A stretch of 52,751 nt of DNA, taken from NCBI GenBank assembly GCA_030618105.1, contig JAUXED010000004.1, positions 1 to 52,751 on the forward strand, written 5' to 3'. Source of the DNA: Bacteroidota bacterium (lineage in GTDB: Bacteria; Bacteroidota; Bacteroidia; Bacteroidales; VadinHA17). Below are positions 48,032 through 52,751 of the stretch, piece by piece (position 1 is the first letter of the stretch; each line of letters opens with the position of its first letter). The notes beneath the pieces are model-generated. The model had not been told where the DNA came from and did not search any database. It saw only the letters and a program-made list of their open reading frames with translations. Both the position numbers and the translations under genes were made by a program.

Positions 48032-48811
48032 ATGACACTGACATTTGAAAAATATCAAGGAGCCGGGAATGATTTCATAATTATTGATAACAGGAAAAAT
48101 ATCCTGAAACCCGGGGACAGAAAAAGAATTAAACAGCTTTGCGACAGAAGATTTGGTGTTGGAGCTGATGGTCTTATGATGCTTTATGATCATAAGGAGG
48201 TTGATTTCGAAATGAAGTATTTCAATTCTGATGGATATGAAGGAACTATGTGTGGCAATGGTGGTCGTTGTATTGTAATGTTTGCAAAAAAACTAAAGCT
48301 AATAGAGCAAAATGCCCGGTTTATGACAAATGACGGAGTCCACACTGCAGAAATAACAGACACAACTGTCAGACTTAGAATGAAAGATGTTAATACTATA
48401 AGGAAATCAGGGGATAGCTATTTAGTTGATACCGGATCACCTCATTATATTACTTTCAGAGATGATATAGATAATATCGATGTATATAATGAAGGCAGGA
48501 AACTGAGGAATAATCAAAAATTTAAACCTCATGGAACTAATGTGGATTTTGTAAAGGTTCAAAAAGATGGCTTATCGGTGAGAACGTATGAGCGTGGTGT
48601 CGAGAATGAAACTATGTCATGCGGAACAGGAGCTGTTGCTGCTGCCATTGTATCGGTTTATAGCGGACAAATCGACAGTGATAATGTTTCTGTTAAAACA
48701 TGGGGAGGAATCCTGAACGTGAGTTTCAGGACAACCGACAAAAGTTTTTTTTCAGACATTATACTTGAAGGACCAGCTGTTTTTGTATTTGAAGGAGAGA
48801 TTAAGTTATAA
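48032..48811 (+). CDS. dapF: Diaminopimelate epimerase
   Basis: KYQGAGNDF, GVGADG, MCGNG, TYERG, SCGTG. Confidence 0.97.
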   Translation: MTLTFEKYQGAGNDFIIIDNRKNILKPGDRKRIKQLCDRRFGVGADGLMMLYDHKEVDFEMKYFNSDGYEGTMCGNGGRCIVMFAKKLKLIEQNARFMTNDGVHTAEITDTTVRLRMKDVNTIRKSGDSYLVDTGSPHYITFRDDIDNIDVYNEGRKLRNNQKFKPHGTNVDFVKVQKDGLSVRTYERGVENETMSCGTGAVAAAIVSVYSGQIDSDNVSVKTWGGILNVSFRTTDKSFFSDIILEGPAVFVFEGEIKL

Positions 48812-48868
48812 GTTAAAAGAGTTTCGGGTTAACTTGAAACATGTAACATGGATGTTCTTTTTGGCAGA

Positions 48869-50881
<2,013 letters not shown>

Positions 50882-51146
50882 TCAACAAAATCCCAAAACC
50901 TTATGAGGTTTTCATATACGTCTCATTTACAATAAATTACCAAGATTAAATAATCAACTGCGTTTTCTTATCTATATCATCAATAATAGTGAAGTCATTT
51001 TAATTAATCAGGGATAATAACAAAATTACTATTTAAATGATTATCAAACAATTACAAGCTTATCCCTGTTTTTTTTTTTGATTCACCAAATATAACAAAT
51101 TTCAATGATTTTAAGGTTATTAAAAACAATAAAAATCGTGTTTTTT

Positions 51147-52751
51147 CTACAACGAATAAGTAATCCCTCCCATTACCATAAATCCCTGACCAGGGTACTG
51201 GTTCCATTTCTGATACCTTGAAGAGGTTAGATTATAAAACCTGAAGAAAGCAGATAAGATTTTTGTGTATCTGTATTCAATTCCAAAGTTAATATCGATT
51301 ATACCGTCAAGAGTGAATTCATTAGCCCCGGAGCTGTCATAGGATTTAATATATCTTTTACCTGAACCAATAATATCAACATTGACCAGAATTTTATCCC
51401 GGAGATTATACCTTGTAGAAACAGTTAAGTCCCAGGCAGGTTTATGCCATGGTCTGTTCTGATTTGTCATCGTGTATTTATAGTAACTTCCGCTTAAAAA
51501 CAGAGACAGGTGATCTACCGGGCGAGCTAAAATTTCACCATGTATTGTTGTGAGCTGTACATCATCATACTCAGTATAAAATTGATTACCAAGAATATCT
51601 GAAGTATCATTCACATAGAAATACATATCATTAACCAGTTTGTAAGAGACTTTCAGTTTATATGATGATAAGGAATTTATACTCCCATTCAATCCCCCGT
51701 ACATATTAAGTTTGTGATTACTGTTTCTTACTTGTACCCCGGATTTTACCCAGGGGTTTTCCCACGCAATTTTTTGAAAATTATTTACTTCCAGATTACC
51801 TGAAATACCGATATAAGCACTGAGTATGTTATCAACTACAGTAATTTGTAAAAGGGCATCCGGATAAAAATGTGTTGATGTCTTATCATCATTAACATCA
51901 AAAACAGCATCCACACCGGCTTTAAGCCTCCATTCACTGGTCTTTTTCTTAAACCATGGGCTTAACCCGATAATACTATTTTTACTTGTTAATAAATCTC
52001 CGGTTTCATCAATATAGTTATAAGAAAAATCAACACCAAACAAAATATTTTCCCGCAACAGGCTGAACTCACCGTAAGTAAAAACATTGTTTTCAGTATA
52101 ATTGAATTTATCGGCAAAATAGTTATACTTCACCTGAATATTATAGTTTAAATGATTTGAATCAATATAACTGGAACGATAAGCAAGCTGAGCGTTGAGT
52201 TTCAGAAAATTTTGTTTAATAGCTTCTTTTTCAAGTGCTGTATCAACCAGAGCTGTATTATATCCGTAATAATAAACCGATCGATTATCCATACCTGCAC
52301 TTCCTGACAGAATAGAATTATCCCAAATCCTTTTGCCATATAAATCAAACTCCTCATTTCCGTAACCAGCAAAAACTTTCTCATCATTTTCGAGCTTTAC
52401 TTTACAACTTGATGAAATATACCTCGCGTAAGCCCCCAGGGAATATTCCTTTGATCTTTTTTTGTTTATACTAAGCTCAGCCAACGGAGTAAGAGAATTT
52501 CCAAGTCCCATTTTCAGGCAGGTTCCATATAATTTAGTTAACGGATCATCTAACAACTTTGCAGCTTTAATTGGCCGGATACTGTATTCAGCACTATATG
52601 GTTTAGGAGATATCTTATAAATAAAATCAGGGGATAATTGCATAGTATCTTTAAGCGAAGGAAGAAGGTTTATTTTGAATGCATCAAATAATGTAGGAGC
52701 ATAAGGCTGTACAACCCTTACCTCCTTCCTGATCATTTCCTGAGAATAACC
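51147..52751 (-). CDS. Outer-membrane beta-barrel (TonB-dependent-receptor-like) protein, 5' end outside the window
   Basis: Frame open to the window edge; amphipathic beta-strand pattern, C-terminal GGITYSL. Confidence 0.7.
   Translation of the reverse strand, partial: GYSQEMIRKEVRVVQPYAPTLFDAFKINLLPSLKDTMQLSPDFIYKISPKPYSAEYSIRPIKAAKLLDDPLTKLYGTCLKMGLGNSLTPLAELSINKKRSKEYSLGAYARYISSSCKVKLENDEKVFAGYGNEEFDLYGKRIWDNSILSGSAGMDNRSVYYYGYNTALVDTALEKEAIKQNFLKLNAQLAYRSSYIDSNHLNYNIQVKYNYFADKFNYTENNVFTYGEFSLLRENILFGVDFSYNYIDETGDLLTSKNSIIGLSPWFKKKTSEWRLKAGVDAVFDVNDDKTSTHFYPDALLQITVVDNILSAYIGISGNLEVNNFQKIAWENPWVKSGVQVRNSNHKLNMYGGLNGSINSLSSYKLKVSYKLVNDMYFYVNDTSDILGNQFYTEYDDVQLTTIHGEILARPVDHLSLFLSGSYYKYTMTNQNRPWHKPAWDLTVSTRYNLRDKILVNVDIIGSGKRYIKSYDSSGANEFTLDGIIDINFGIEYRYTKILSAFFRFYNLTSSRYQKWNQYPGQGFMVMGGITYSL

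Noticed and set aside
48005-48032. dif-like site (ATTTAACATAA equals a perfect XerD arm)
   Set aside because: The XerC-side arm is poor and overlaps the dapF start; the sequence fits better as a 10-bp ATTTAAC direct repeat in an AT-rich divergent promoter.

Overview
AT-rich chromosomal segment from a Bacteroidota (probably anaerobic Bacteroidales) genome: the primary sigma factor is short, and TAnnTTTG promoters plus DUF5686/DUF5916/DUF4492-type genes are present. Contents in order: an oxygen-defence cluster (superoxide reductase, rubrerythrin, rubredoxin, 2-oxoacid:ferredoxin oxidoreductase, a second rubredoxin with a nonsense codon, ZIP transporter, cydAB with two small membrane proteins, Fur/PerR); transaldolase; an MNT/HepT toxin-antitoxin pair; carbohydrate and outer-membrane genes; a membrane LytTR with a radical SAM/flavoenzyme pair; a RAYT transposase with REPs; nfo; a decayed island at tRNA-Pro(GGG) with a second MNT/HEPN pair; trxB; a butyryl-CoA-type operon with an icmF remnant and a degenerate butyrate kinase; and uvrB, rpoD, degQ, dapF and gyrB. 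The intergenic DNA is the most unusual part. It holds strand-polarised, stacked 6-9-nt tandem arrays at the 3' ends of many genes, a MITE-like family with GTAACTATTCAG ends carrying nested hairpins, several REP-like families, tRNA 3'-end duplications and gene remnants. All family assignments come from recognising motifs by eye; no database searches were run.
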